Part shown: positions 51,571 to 64,000 of the stretch, piece after piece
Position numbering within the stretch: the stretch's first letter is position 1
How the letters are laid out: every line of letters starts with the position of its first letter
Source of the DNA: Leucoraja ocellata
Lineage: Eukaryota
DNA length: 64,000 nucleotides
Direction of reading: 5' to 3'
Assembly (NCBI GenBank): GCA_036785375.1
Contig: JAWMAR010002945.1
Span: 1-64,000, forward strand
Notes under the pieces: generated by a model
Seen by the model: only the letters and a program-made list of their open reading frames with translations
The model's database searches: none
Told to the model about the DNA's origin: nothing
Made by a program: the position numbers and the translations under genes

Positions 51571-51598
51571 CACGGTGATTCACCGCCGCTCACAAACT
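51571..51598 (+). other. Recombination signal sequence, 12-bp spacer, abutting JH
   Basis: CACGGTG-ATTCACCGCCGC(12)-TCACAAACT. No acceptable nonamer at 22/23 spacing. Confidence 0.82.
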
Positions 51599-51925
51599 GC
51601 GCTACCACATCCAGCCCGAAATCCAACACTGGCCAGAGTGGGCAACGGCTTAATTAAAGCCCCGTCCATGTGTGTCCATGTGTCCCACACAGCAGTGTCC
51701 AGTCTCGGCCATTGCAGCCCTGTAGTGGACAGGAGATAACCCAACGCGACTGTCACCGTGTCTCGACCCACAGCGGCTCCTCGCTGTTTGTATTCCCACA
51801 TCTCCAGTGGAACTTGTTCCCTGTGCCAGATGATGCACTCTGGATCTGGTTTATATCCACGGGTCCCGAGGAAAGGCGGCGGCGGCAGCGCCCAGAGACG
51901 TGATTTAAAGCATTTGGCTGCGGCA

Positions 51926-51963
51926 GGTTTTTGTATTGAGGAAGTCCCATCTCTCACACTGTG
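51926..51963 (-). other. Recombination signal sequence, 22-bp spacer (23-type)
   Basis: CACAGTG-TGAGAGATGGGACTTCCTCAAT(22)-ACAAAAACC; perfect heptamer and nonamer. Confidence 0.96.
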
Positions 51964-52270
51964 CCACCCGTATAGTCTCTCGCACAGTAATAGGTGGCCG
52001 TGTCGGCCAGACTCAGGCGGGTCATTTGGAGATAGACGTTGCTGCTGTCCGAGGAAATCTCGAATCGGCCGCTGAAGGCTGGTGCGTATAGTTTGCTGCT
52101 ACCCCTCACTCTACCCACCCACTCCAGCCCTTTCCCGGGGACTTGTTTCACCCAATGCACGGAGTAGTCGCTGAGGGTGAACCCGCTGGTTGCACAGGTC
52201 AGTTTGAGGGACTCTCCAGACTTTGCCACCTCGGTCGGTTTCTGATTCAGCACGACCGCGGATCGAACGC
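51964..52270 (-). CDS. IGHV: IgW VH exon with 3' D-like extension ([26 protein letters not shown]...[13 protein letters not shown]...[13 protein letters not shown])
   Basis: Acceptor TTGACAG|G. Open frame with both canonical Cys, FR2 Trp and YYCAR. Runs 14 nt past CAR to the heptamer. Confidence 0.96.
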
Positions 52271-52404
52271 CTGTCAATAAAAGAGAAACAAAGTTGAATA
52301 AACAGTTGAAGAGGCAGAGGGTCAAAGAGTGTCCGAGAAGCAGCCCGGCCCCGAGTGGGGGTGACGCCCGCCCGCCCGCCCGCCCGCCGCGGGGGGACAC
52401 CCAC

Positions 52405-52450
52405 CTGGCAGACAGGACAGAAGGAGACAGAGATAAGCAGCGACCCCCAT
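52405..52450 (-). CDS. IGHV: IgW VH leader exon ([15 protein letters not shown]+G)
   Basis: ATG at 52450, 46-nt hydrophobic signal peptide exon, donor CAG|GTGGG, phase 1. Confidence 0.93.
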
Positions 52451-52539
52451 CACTCTGAGCACTGACACACACTTGGACACTCCAGGAATGGGCGGCTTCA
52501 GCTCAAGGCCGGCTTTGTCGGGAGCAGCAGTCAGCGCTG

Positions 52540-52547
52540 TTTAAATA
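52540..52547 (-). promoter_or_regulatory. TATA-like box of VH promoter
   Basis: TATTTAAA on the minus strand about 90 nt upstream of the leader ATG. No ATGCAAAT octamer seen nearby, consistent with elasmobranch VH promoters. Confidence 0.5.
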
Positions 52548-52809
52548 GGAAAGTGAGCTGTGAGTGAGAGACAGAGAGAGAGGTAGCCGCGGTTTCCCCA
52601 CCCACTGAAACCAGAGGCGCGGCTTCCTGTCCCTGCCCCCAGCACCCAGTTCAATTCCCCAAAAGGTGTTTGTCTCCACAACAGGTGGAGGGGCAATGAT
52701 GAGATCCGGATTAAAGATTGATCCCACTCTGCTCCATCCACTCATTACAATGATTAACACTTTGTGGAGCAAGAGGTCACTCAGATCCCCAGTGAGGGGC
52801 TGAGTTAAA

Positions 52810-53220
52810 AGTCGGTGTACAGATATCCCCCTGAGAGAGAGGGACATCTGTCAATGTAGATATCCCCTGCCTTGGGAGAGAGGGGCTAAATTTCACCGGT
52901 CAGTGTACAGATATCGTGGTGAGAGAGAGGGACTGAGACCGGTCAGTGTACAGATATGGTGGTGAGCGAGAGGGACTGAGAGACCGATCAGTGAACAGAT
53001 ATCTTGGTGAGAGAGAGGGACTGAGAGAGACCGGTCAGTGTACAGATATCCCCCTGAGAGAGAGGGACTGAGAGACCGGTCAGTGTACAGATATCGTGGT
53101 GAGAGAGAGGGACTGAGAGACCGGTCAGTGTACAGATATCGTGGTGAGAGAGAGGGACTGAGAGAGACCAGTTAGTGCAGATATCCACATCAATGAGAGG
53201 ACTGAGAGACACCAGTCAGT
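52810..53220. repeat. ~42-bp minisatellite (GGTCAGTGTACAGATATC..TGAGAGAGAGGGACTGAGAGACC); related units at 55305-55650 and 55860-56080
   Basis: About 9 tandem units directly upstream of the VH promoter. Confidence 0.85.
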
Positions 53221-53889
53221 TTGAGTTGAGTTTATTGTCACATGTACCGAGGTACAGTGAAAAGCTTTAGTTGCATGTTTACCAGACAACAGATGGACAA
53301 TACATGATTACATTTGAGCACAGTGAGCAAAAACATGATGAAGGGAATAACATGAATAAAGTTCAGTGCAAGATAAAACAAGTAAATTCTGATCAAAGAT
53401 AGTGCGAGGATCTCCAATGAGGTAGATAGAAAACAGAAGTCAAGCTACAACAGCCAGTCGTGATGCTATGAATGAAGTCCATCTACGCCTATATCAGCGA
53501 CACTCTCCAACAATGTATGACCATACCGGTGACATGCAACGACCATACCGGTGACATGCTATGACCATACCAACGACATGCTATGACCATACCAGCGACA
53601 TGCTATGACAGCTGGCGACCATCGGCAACAGTTGACGTGACTAGCTACACCAGGCTACAACAGTGGCTCCTCCATGAGTCTCCTTTTTCTTCAGGAGACG
53701 GCCCACCCAGTGTCTTCGGCTCCTGAAACAGCTCAGGGGGAAGCCTAGTGAAGTTTATGAAGGCAGCCTCATCTTCTTGCTGGAGCTCAGTCATCAGGTT
53801 GCCATATTGGCCCAACCTGTGTCTCTACAGGGACAAGGGCATCAACCACACACACACCTCTTCTTGGACTTCCTCTTCCACATTATTCT

Positions 53890-54640
53890 TAGAAACATAG
53901 AAACATAGAAAATGGGTGCAGGAGTAGGCCATTCGGCCCTTCGAGCCTGCACCGACATTCAATATGATCATGGTTGATCATCCAACTCAGTATCCTGTAC
54001 CTGCCTTCTCTCCATACCCCCTGATCCCTTTAGCCACAAGGGTCACATCTAACTCCCTCTTAAATATAGCCAACGAACTGGCCTCAACTACCTTCTGCGG
54101 CAGAGAATTCCAGAGATTCACCACTCTCTGTGTGAAAAATGTTTTCCTCATCTTCGTCCTAAAAGATTTCCCCCTTATCCTTAAACTGTGACCCCTTGTT
54201 CTGGACGTCCCCAACATCTGGAACAATCTTCCTGCATCTAGCCTGTCCAACCCCTTAAGAATTTTGTAAGTCTCTATAAGATCCCCCCTCAATCGTCTAA
54301 ATTCAAGCAAGTACAAACCAAGTCTATCCAGTCTTTCTTCATATGAAAGTCCTGACATCCCAGGAATCAGTCTGGTGAACCTTCTCTGTACTCCCTCTAT
54401 GGCAAGAATGTCTTTCCTCAGATTAGGAGGCCAAAACTGTATGCAATACTCCAGGTGTTGTCTCACCAAGACCCTGTACAACTGTAGTAGAACCTCCCTG
54501 CTCCTATACTCAAATACTTTTGCTATGAATGCTAACATACCATTCGCCTTCTTCACTGCCTGCTGCACCTGCATGCCTACTTTTAATGACTGGTGTACCA
54601 TGACACCCAGGTCTCGTTCCATCTCCCCCTTTCCTAATCG
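53890..54640 (-). mobile_element. CR1 3' fragment with open 211-aa C-terminal ORF2
   Basis: ORF 53987-54622 ERDLGV..KKANGMLAFI..RGDLIETYKI..FFTQRVVNLWNSLP, with tail. Confidence 0.9.
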
Positions 54641-55386
54641 GCCACCATTCTTGTCCTTCTGTCTTGCTGATCTTTAAGCATGAGGGCTGCTGCAAGCAGC
54701 AGGGCTTCTTCATGTGAGAGCAATGTCCTCAGATGTTGGAAACAATACACCCCTCTTATAATTCCATTGTTTTGGGGGCCAAAATGACATGAATTGTCTT
54801 CAGTTGTCTCCGACAGTCGTAACTTGTCGTGGCTTGTTGCGGGTGGATGCAAGTTGACCGGTTGTCGCCTGTGTGGTCGTAGATTGTCGTAGGTGGACGT
54901 CCCGTCACGACGATTGGGTCGCCGGTTGTCGGTAGCTTGCGTTAGCTTGACTTCGACTCGGTGGTATGTTGTTGGAGTTTGTCGTAGACATTGTTGTGGG
55001 GGGGTCAAGTCGCCGGTTTTTCGGCTGCATTCTACAACTATGACAGTTGCAGGCAGTTGCCTAAGTGGGACATGCCCTTAAATGGCTTAATTGTAATCAT
55101 GCATTGTCCTTCTGCTGACAGATTAACACACAACAAAGGCTTTTCATAATGCCTCTGTGCACATGAGAATAAACTAAACTGAACTGAACTGAAGTCAATG
55201 ATGCAGTTGCAGAGGTGGGTACTGACTCCAAGTCCCTCGAGTTTGGTGATGAGCTTGGCTGGTATAACGGTCTTAAATGAGCTTGGCTGGTATAATGGTA
55301 TCAGACTGTAGATATCTCATGTATGAGTGTACAGATATACCCCTGACAGTGGGACAATGTCCCAAGAGAGAGGTAATGAGGGAGAC

Positions 55387-55542
55387 NNNNNNNNNNNNNN
55401 NNNNNNNNNNNNNNNNNNNNNNNNNNNNNNNNNNNNNNNNNNNNNNNNNNNNNNNNNNNNNNNNNNNNNNNNNNNNNNNNNNNNNNNNNNNNNNNNNNNN
55501 NNNNNNNNNNNNNNNNNNNNNNNNNNNNNNNNNNNNNNNNNN
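55387..55542. other. Assembly gap (N run)
   Basis: 156 N. Confidence 1.
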
Positions 55543-55934
55543 AGCACTAGCTGTCAGTGTACAAACATGCCAAGAGAGAGGCATTGAGAGACACTGGTCA
55601 GCGTACAGATATCCCCATGAGAGAGAGGGATTGGGAGACACCAGTCAGTGTAGAACAGAAACATAGATAAATAGGTGCAGGAGTAGGCCATTTGGCCCTT
55701 CTGATCATGGCTGATCATCTAAATTCAGTACCACGTTCCTGCTGTTTCCCCATATTCCTTGATTCATTTAGCACTAAGAGCTCAATATAACTCTCTCATG
55801 AAAACATCCAGTGAATTGGCCTCCACTGCCGTCTATGGCAGAGAAAGCCACAGATTCACAACTCAGTGTACAGATATCAAGCTGAGAGAGAAGGGAGTGA
55901 GGTTCACCGGTCAGTTTACAGATAACCCTCTGAC

Positions 55935-55965
<31 letters not shown>

Positions 55966-56849
55966 AAGAAAGAGAGAGAGAGAGAGACAGAAAGCTGCAG
56001 AGAAACTGTAAGCAGTGTAAAGTTAGCCCCCTGAGAGAGATTGACAGGGAGAACCCATGCAGTGAGAGAAAGGGACTGAATTGATAAAACTTATTTGCAG
56101 AATCTTCTGCCTCCACTAACCTTGGAAGAATCAATGTGAACCAGAATATCTTGGGTGGAAGGAGGATTATATATTGGTGAGGAAATTTCTCTCCCAGAGA
56201 TTAAACTGAGTTTCACTCCTGGACAGGTGTCCCCTCACTGCTGTTAGAAAACCCTTTGATCTGTGTCAGCTATGGGTCTTTTGATCCATGTTTTCAAGAA
56301 CAGGAAGTGCAACACTAAGAGAAGCAGTCACACTGAGAAACAGGAGGCTGCCCAGTCAAGGGAGCAGCCAAGTGCTCAATGGCAGGAAATCACAGGGAGA
56401 GACGTTCTGTGGAGCATCTGTTCCTACTTCAGAATGGTCTCACAACAGTTCTAAATCATGCAGCTCCAACAGACATAGAGCAACAAACACAGCTCAATCC
56501 AACTCCCATGGCAGCTAAACAGATGTCCTGTTACCCTTTCAACCTCACTTTTACCATTGCCATTTGCCCTTTTACAGGAACTTGGGACAGTTAATGGAGA
56601 TGTCTTGAGGACAGTGCGTATTATGGGCATGGAGGTGGTCGATGTCCTCAGGCGTATTACAGTAGATATGAAGATTGTACAAAACATTGATGTTTGGAAT
56701 GCATTACCAGGGGACGTTGTGGAAGCAGATACGACAGCAATGATTAAAAGGCATTTAGAGATAGATTAGACATTCAGTATTTTCTTTCTCTCGGGGTATG
56801 AATGTTTTGGTTCCACTTGTATTCCAAAGTATGTTTTGCATCACATCAG

Positions 56850-58280
56850 TGGTAGGAATGTAATTGGAGAGGATTCTTTGGGATAGGATTTACTACCATT
56901 TGGAAGCCAATGAGCTAGTAAGGGACCATCAGCATGGCTTTGTACGCCACAGATCATGTCTTACTAACTTGAATGATTTTGTTGAGGAGGTGACTAAGGT
57001 GATCGATGAAGGTAGGGCAGTGGATGTTGTCCATATGGACCATAGTAAGGCATTTGAAAAGGTTCTCCATGGTTGGTTGTCCAAGAAGGTCAAAATGCAC
57101 GGCCTTCAGAGTGATTTTGTCATCTGGGTCAATACCTGTTTACTGATAGAAGACAGAGGGTTGTGGTGAAGGTCGTTATTCAGAGTGGAAGTCTGTGAAC
57201 AGCTGAGCTCTGCAGGGATCTGCGGACAGTGAGCAAGGATGTTAAAGTATAGATCTGCGAGGAGGATGCTATGAGGCTGCAGGGTGACTTGGATTGGTTG
57301 GGTGAGTGGGCAGATGCACTCTAAAGTATAGACGATATATATCAGCTCAGAAATGGGCAAAGAAATGGAAAATTATGTTTAATCCGACTAAATGCTGAGT
57401 TGTTTTTCTAAAAATGATCGATATTCTCCACACTTGCATGAAGCATATCTCTGTCTTCAGACTCAGTCCTATTGGTCAGTTATCTTTTCAGTAACGTAAG
57501 AATTGTTTATAGGTGTTGGTCTTTAAGTCAGGGACATATTTCCATATGTCAAGCAGCCTGCTTGTTCTTTTTAGCAAGTCTGTTCCCTGTGGGATTCCCC
57601 CTGTTCAGATTAAGACAAGCTGCCATCTCCAACAGGAAATCTGAGGTGAAGGAAATAGTGCCCACATCACTGTCCAGTTTCACACACCCATCAACAGTCA
57701 AAATATGAAACATGTTTCTGGAAAATCAACAGCTGCATGCAGAGATTGTGTTCAAATTTGTCCCATGCATAGAGGATCATTAAAAAGGTTCTTCACCCCT
57801 ACAGCCCATCCCCACTCTCTGCTGATCTGTGTTTGTACTCCATTTATCCACCTTGGATAAATGGAGTCCTTTAATCACCAAAGAAGGTGGCTCAACTGTG
57901 GCTAACAAGGAAAATGAGGGATAGTGTTAAATCCAAGGAAGAGGCATATAAATTGGCTGGAGGAAGCAGCAAACCACAGGATTGGGGGACATTTAGAATT
58001 CAGCAGAGGAGGACAAAAGGGATTAATAAAGAGGGGAAAAATAGTATGAAAGAAAGCTTGCGGGGAATATCAAAACTAACCGTTAAAACATTTTTTGATA
58101 CTGTACTGTATGTGAAGAGGAAAAGATTAGTGAAGACAAATGTAGGTTCCTCAAAGTCAGAAACAGATGAATTTATAATGGGAAACAAGGAAATGGTAGA
58201 CCAGTTAAACAAGTACTTTGGTTCTGTCTTCACTAAGGAAGACACAAACAATATCCCAGAAATACTAGGGGACTGAGGAT
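56850..58280 (+). mobile_element. Degenerate CR1 fragments
   Basis: QHGFVRHRSCLTNL..SKAFEKV (56864-57169) and WLTRK..LNKYFGSVFTKED (57887-58276). Confidence 0.75.
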
Positions 58281-58659
58281 CAAGAGTCAAGAGAGAGTCA
58301 AGAGTCAATTTAATTGTCATTTGGACCCCTTGAGCTCCAAACGAAATGCCGTTTCTGCAGCCATACATTACAAACAGATAGACCCCAGACATGCCCCGCG
58401 GCCATTAAAGCCACGCCGGGTGGTGCGAGGTCGCACACCGGGTCTTGATGTTGGAGCCCCCGGCGTGCGATCGCAGAGTCCCGCGACCATTCCAAGCCGC
58501 GCGGGGCAGTGATGTTAGGCCCCGCTCCAGGAGCTCTTCGACCCCGCAACTCGGGTGGGAGAAGTCGCCGTTGCAGGAGCCCTGAAAAGCGGTCTCCCTC
58601 CGGTGACCCGCGGGCTCCCGGTGCCGCCGTCCGCAGACCCGCAGTTGCAGCCTCCGCAT

Positions 58660-58691
<32 letters not shown>

Positions 58692-60009
58692 CTCCACCAC
58701 CGCTACACCCGCTCTGGGCTCGGCCAGCTCCGCGACGGCGACGGTGAGTCGGCACCAGAGTCCCCGGCTTCTTCTGATGGAGGCCGCTCCTCATTGCAGC
58801 CCCAACGACAACGGAGACCCGACGAGAAAAGGTCGGGTCTCCAGTGCAGGGAGAGATTTAAAAATTACCCCCTCCCTCTCACCCCACCCCAACCCCCCCC
58901 CCCCCCCCCACACACACACCCCAACAAAAAATAACAAAAACTACATATAAACATAGACAAAAAATAATAAAAATGCGGACGGGCTGCAGAGGCCGCTGCT
59001 GACGAGATCACAGCGAATCAGCCATGATCACAGCGAATGGCGGTGCTGGCTCAAAGGGCCGAATGGCCTACTCCTGCACCTATTATCTATTCTTCCTGAG
59101 CGGTGCTGCCCGGAATCACACCCAGAGCTCCAGATGTGGTCTAATTCTATTAAACATCTGTTTAAACCCCACACCCTTAGTATCCCAGTGATTCCCATCA
59201 ACTGAGGCACGTTAAGAGCGTTACTTTAAATTCAAGCTCAGGATTAAACCAAATCTACCAGTGGTCTCTCAACACAAAGCAAACCTTCCTGCTTTGCTCT
59301 TGTGCCCAATGCAATTGGTCATTTCCTTATGGAATCACAGTCAGCTGGCGTGCATCTTTCCTGGTCCCAGCACACTGATGCAATCATAACGAAGGCACAT
59401 CAGCTGAGAAGATTACGGAGAGTCGGTTTGTCAAGGAGGACTCTCTCAAACTTCCACAGGTGCACAGTAGAGAGCATGCTGACTGGTCATAGAACGGGAT
59501 GAGGGAACACTTTTTCACCCAGAAAGTTGTGAGTCTGTGGAATTCTCTGCCTCAGATGGTGGTGGAGGCCGGATGTCTGGATACTTTCAAGAGAGAGCTA
59601 GATAGGGCTCTTAAAGATAATGGAGTCAGGGAATATGGGGTGAAGGCAGAAACGTGGTACTGATTGTGGATGATCAGCCATGTTCACAGCGAATGGCGTT
59701 GCTGCCTCAAAGGGCCGAATGGCCTACTCCTGCACCGATTGTCTATTGTCTATCCTTCCAGATCGGTGCTGCCTGGAATCACACCCAGAGCACCAGATGT
59801 GGTCTAACCAGAGCTCTATTAAACAGCAGCATAAAGCCCACCCCCTTTGTATCCCAGCGTTTCCCATCAACTGAGGCACGTTAAGAGCATTGGTTTAAAT
59901 TCATGCTCAGGGTTAATCCAAACCTAGCAATGATCTCTCAACACAAAGCAAACCTTCCTGCTTTGCTCTTGTGCCCAATGCAATTGGTCATTTCCTTATG
60001 GAATCACAG

Positions 60010-60680
60010 TCAGCTGGTGTGCATATTTCCGAAGGTCTTTCCTGGTCCCAGCACACTGATGCAATCATAACGAAGGGACATCAGTGCCTCTACTTCCTGT
60101 GAAGATTACGGAGAGTCGGTATGTCAAGGAGGACTCTCTCGCACTTCTACAGGTGCACAGTAGAGAGCATACTGACTGGTTGCATCGTGGCTTGGTTCGT
60201 TAACTTGAACGTCCAGGAGCGGAAAAGAATGCAGAAAGTTGTGACCACTGCCCAGTCCACCATCGGCTCTGACCTCCCCACCATCGAAGGGACCTATCGC
60301 AGTCGCTGGCTCAAAACGTCTGCCAACATCATCAAGGACCCAGACTATCCTGGCCACACACTCATCTCTCCGTTGCCATTGGGAAGAAGGTACAGGAGCT
60401 TGAAAACTGGAACATCCAGGTTCAGGAACAGCAACTTCCCCACAGCCATCAGGCTATTAAACACGCCATCAAACAAACTCTGAACAATAGCAGCCTATTG
60501 CAACATATCCGATTATTTATTGTGTATATATATGGTCTATGGTCTACAGACACACTGAACTTTTATCTCCTTTTCTGAATTATGTTTACATATTCTGTTG
60601 TGCTGCAGCAAGCAAGAATGTCATTGCCCTATCTGGGACACATGACAATAAAACTCTCTTGACTTGACTGGACTTGACTT
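60010..60680 (+). mobile_element. Rex1/Babar-like LINE 3' fragment
   Basis: FYRCTVESILTGCIVAW..IIKDPDYPGH..LPLGRRYRSL..RFRNSNFPTAIRLLN, with (CTTGA)n tail. Confidence 0.82.
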
Positions 60681-60689
60681 GAGTGACTA

Positions 60690-60922
60690 CTGCATCTGCC
60701 ACGCATCTGCCCACTCACTCAACCTGTCCAGGTCACCCTGCAACCTCCCAACATCCTCTTCACAGTTCACACTGCCAGCCAGCTTTGTGTCATCCGCAAA
60801 TTTGCCAGTGTTGCTCCTAATTCCCTCTTCCAAATCATTAATATATATATGGTAAACAGTTGCGGCCCCAACACCGAGCCTTGCGGCACTCCACTCGCCA
60901 CTGCCTGCCATTCTGAAAAAGG
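60690..60922 (-). mobile_element. CR1 RT fragment
   Basis: YINDLEEGIRSNTGKFADDTKL. Confidence 0.8.
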
Positions 60923-61799
60923 ACCTATAATTGCATCAGTGTCCTGGGACCAGGAAAGATCTTGTTATAATATGGCAGAAACTCTCCTCTGTACTGATCT
61001 GTGCTGCATCTGCTATGGAGTGCTGATGGGAAAGTGTTCAGGACCCATTACAAATAATCTGCTCCAATGTGATAATTGTGTTCTGAAGAAGCTTCATGTT
61101 GTACAAAATCACTTTGTAAAGACAATGATACCAATGGGGGAAAGGAGGCTTCGGGGCTAAAGTGTTTCAGATTTGCAATAAGAAAGTTACTTTTCCCACA
61201 GGATTTTAAAAATCTATAATATCTTTCTTTTGGTACCTCAAACTAAAAATACTAAAGGCAGCGCTACAAAATAACGTGCTGGAGCAACAATGGGTCAGGC
61301 AGCATCTCTGGACAACATGGTTGTGATGTTTCAGGTTGGGATTCTTCTTCATTGATTGTGGTGGTGGTGGTGGGGTGTGGGGTGGCGGTGGTGGTGGGGT
61401 GTGGGGTGTGCGGTGGGGGGGGGGGGGGGGGGGGTAGGACAAAACCTGGCAAGTGATAGGTGGATAGAGGTGAGGGAGATTATCGATAGGAATTGCAGAT
61501 GCTAGTTTACACTGAAATAGGCCCAAAATGCTGGAGTAATATAGCGGGTCAGATAGCATCTCTGGAGAAATTTCGGGTCAAGACCATTCTTCAGACTGAG
61601 TCAGGGGAATGGGAAACTAGAGATATGAAAAGGTACAAAATAAATGAGAGCCATCATCGATGACTCAGGAAAGGTAGAGCACACAATGGTCTATTGTTGG
61701 CTGTGGATGAAGTGATAATAAAGGGATACGAACCATGAAACTAGCAAGTTGTCTCGGGTGGTGGAGGGAGGGAGAGATAGGGATTGCAAGGGACCCCGA

Positions 61800-62260
61800 C
61801 AGTCCTCTTAGGTGAGGCAGAGGTTCACGCACCTCATCCAACCTCCAATGTATCGGCGAGACTAAGCACAGACTGGGCGATCATTTTGCTGACACACCTA
61901 GGCTCAGTCCACCTTGGGCTACGAGACCTACCAGTTGCCAAAGATGTTAACTCCTCTTCCCATTCGCACATTGACCTTTCCGTCCTGTGCCTCCTCCACT
62001 GTCAGACTGAGGCCACATGCAAATTGCAGAACTAGCACCTCATATTATGCTTGGGCAGCTTACAACCCAGCGGTATGAATATTGATTTCTCCAACTTCAA
62101 GTAACCCTTGCAATCCCTCTCTCTCTTCTCTCCTCAGACTGAAGAAGGGTCCCAAGCTGACACTTCCCCTCCAGACACATTTTCTCCAGAGATGCTGCCT
62201 GACCTGTTGAGCTACTCCAGCATTTTGTGTCGATCTTTGGTACAAACCAACATCTGCAGA
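61800..62260 (+). mobile_element. Penelope-like GIY-YIG fragment and terminal repeat
   Basis: Homologous to 2825-3132 (IGETK.RLGD..DLPVAK). Confidence 0.7.
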
Positions 62261-64000
62261 TCATTTTTATTATATTCTGTAATACAATATCGTGACTGCT
62301 AATGGCAGACAAATTGAACCTGCAGAAATTAAATAAACCCATTGAACAAATCAACACCTCACAATACCATCCATGGGCCACAGACAGCCACATGTTTATC
62401 TGGGCTTTAAGAGGAGGGAGATCCACTTCATTAAATTTCATTACATTATCATTTGCATTAACGTGGATGAAAACTTCATGAGGTATCAAAGACAGCCATT
62501 GATTTACTTGAATCGCAGCAATCATTTGTTATTAATAACTGCCAGATGTCTGAAACTCTGATAACATTTCGACCCAGTCCTTCTCCTTACACTTCCTCAT
62601 ACGTTGCACAGGCAGGTTTAATTTGAGCAGGGGGGCCTCCCAGCAGAGCTGTTACTACAAAGAATAAGCATACTGCTTTACATATGAAAAAAATAATTCT
62701 GATGCTGTGTTTTGCACTAACAGGTTCATGTTTACCCCACGAAATGGGGCTGAATGAATTAAAACCAGTGGGCAATGAAGACCCTCTCCGCATTTCAGTA
62801 AATTTGCCACGTTTAGAAATGGGCTCAAAGTGCTGGTGATTTTCATTGATCATGATTACACTGATTAATGGGAACAAGCTGTCCAGATGTACGTACACCT
62901 GCATTTTAGGTTCTGATGGAGCTGAGAGACTCCCACCAGCAACTTATTCTGTGTTTACTCGAGCTGATCATAGAGATCCACCCTGATGACTGTAGTTAAA
63001 GTGATCGGGTAGATGGGAATTGGCAGCATCAAAGCAATAAACTAAGGACAAACTAAAAAGTTGTGACAAGCTGCATTTACAGCATTACAAAATGCCGTGG
63101 GCAGAATCCCCGCAGAATGTGTTTCAGCTGATGTTTGCTGATGAGAACCAAGGCTGCTCAGTGAATCAGGTTTAAGACTGAAGCAGCAGCCAGAGCCACA
63201 ATCAATAGACATAGACAATAGACAATAGACAATAGACAATAGGTGCAGGAGTAGGCCATTCGGCCCTTCGAGTCAGCACCGCTATTCAATGTGATCATGG
63301 CTGATCATCCCAAATCAGTACCCCATCCTGCCTTCTCCCCATATCCCCTGACTCCACTATCTTTAAGAGCCCTATCTTGCTCTCTCTTGAAAGTATACAG
63401 AGAACCGGCCTCCACCGCCCACTGGCAGAGAATTCCACACTCACAACTATCTGTGTGATAAAGTGTTTCATCATCTCCGTTTTAAATATCTTACCCCATA
63501 TTCTTAAACTGTTGCCCCTAGTTCTGGCCCCAACATTGGGAACATGTTTCCTGCCTCTATCGCGTCCAAACCCTTAATAATCTTATATGTTTCAATAAGA
63601 CCCCCTCTCATCCATCGGAACTCCAGAGTATACAAGCCCAGCCTCTCCATTCTCTCAGCGGAGGTGCTGGGGGACAACATGAAGTAGTGAGTGGGGGCAG
63701 GAGAGGGAGAGGGGGAGGGTCGGAGCCGCGTCTGGGTTGTCAATGTGATCGGGACAGAAAGGTCAGTGTGGGAATGGGAGGGGTAGTTAAAGCGTTTCGC
63801 AACCAGGAGGGTCTGATACAGTGCTGCATCTATAAACTAAACTAAAAAAGGTTTTGACTGTCTGGTTAAGAGATGAGCCCATGGGCTCACTGGTCTGAGG
63901 GTTATAGAAAGAATCTTGCACTTTGCTGACTTTCACAAGCAATGTTAAACTGAGACCAACGAGGTAACGACAATAGTTTGTTTTAGAGAGATGGCATGAA

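Larger units (their letters stand above)
4786..52547 (-). other. IgW: IgW (IgX) heavy-chain gene cluster (minilocus): L-VD-DJ-CH1(stop)-[no CH2]-Sec(short)-CH3-CH4-CH5-CH6/Sec(long)-(CH3'-CH4')x4-TM1-TM2
   Basis: All exons are co-oriented on the minus strand with GT/AG boundaries and phase-1 introns between Ig domains. A single V-J-C cluster is the organisation typical of cartilaginous fish. CH3-CH6 resemble IgNAR C2-C5/long IgW, and the Cys-rich tail is characteristic of short skate IgX. Confidence 0.95.

Noticed and set aside
51735-51796. Possible D segment: CGCTGTG-GGTCGAGA-CACGGTG (minus) between V and J
   Set aside because: Heptamer-like on both sides but no acceptable nonamer at 12 or 22/23 spacing on either side.
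51954-52472. Single 172-aa ORF as an intronless V gene
   Set aside because: The N-terminal part is chance read-through of the leader intron; the true leader is a separate exon at 52405-52450.
52810-53220. CRISPR-like repeat appearance
   Set aside because: Vertebrate DNA; units are contiguous without unique spacers, so it is a minisatellite.
58405-58950. GC-rich ORFs with poly-Q/poly-A/poly-L
   Set aside because: Products of a (CAG)n microsatellite inside a GC-rich repeat, with no splice structure or domain.
59015-60180. Local duplication of about 470 bp (59015-59490 and 59670-60180)
   Set aside because: Made largely of LINE fragments and flanking sequence, with no coding or regulatory signal seen.

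Overview
This is eukaryotic, repeat-rich DNA from a cartilaginous fish. The V, CH1 and Cys-rich tail sequences match what I recall of skate (Rajidae) IgX/IgW. The window holds one complete immunoglobulin IgW (IgX, omega) heavy-chain minilocus on the minus strand, about 52.5 kb to 4.8 kb. The order is: leader, VH with an extra 14 nt and a 22-bp-spacer RSS, JH with a 12-bp-spacer RSS (no free D segments, so apparently germline-joined VD-DJ), a J-C intron containing an AGCT/G-run switch-like repeat, CH1 with a premature TAA, no CH2, a short Cys-rich secretory exon, intact CH3-CH6 with the long tailpiece and poly(A), four tandem CH3'-CH4' cassettes (some broken) lying after the secretory poly(A), then TM1 and a candidate TM2. 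Introns and flanks carry three DIRS (tyrosine-recombinase) retrotransposons with visible 3-bp recombination cores, CR1, Rex1-like and Tx1-like LINE fragments, SINEs, Penelope-derived repeats with hammerhead-like motifs, Harbinger-type MITEs, minisatellites and one assembly gap. Exon boundaries were read by hand from splice motifs. Repeat family names come from motif recognition, not a database search.
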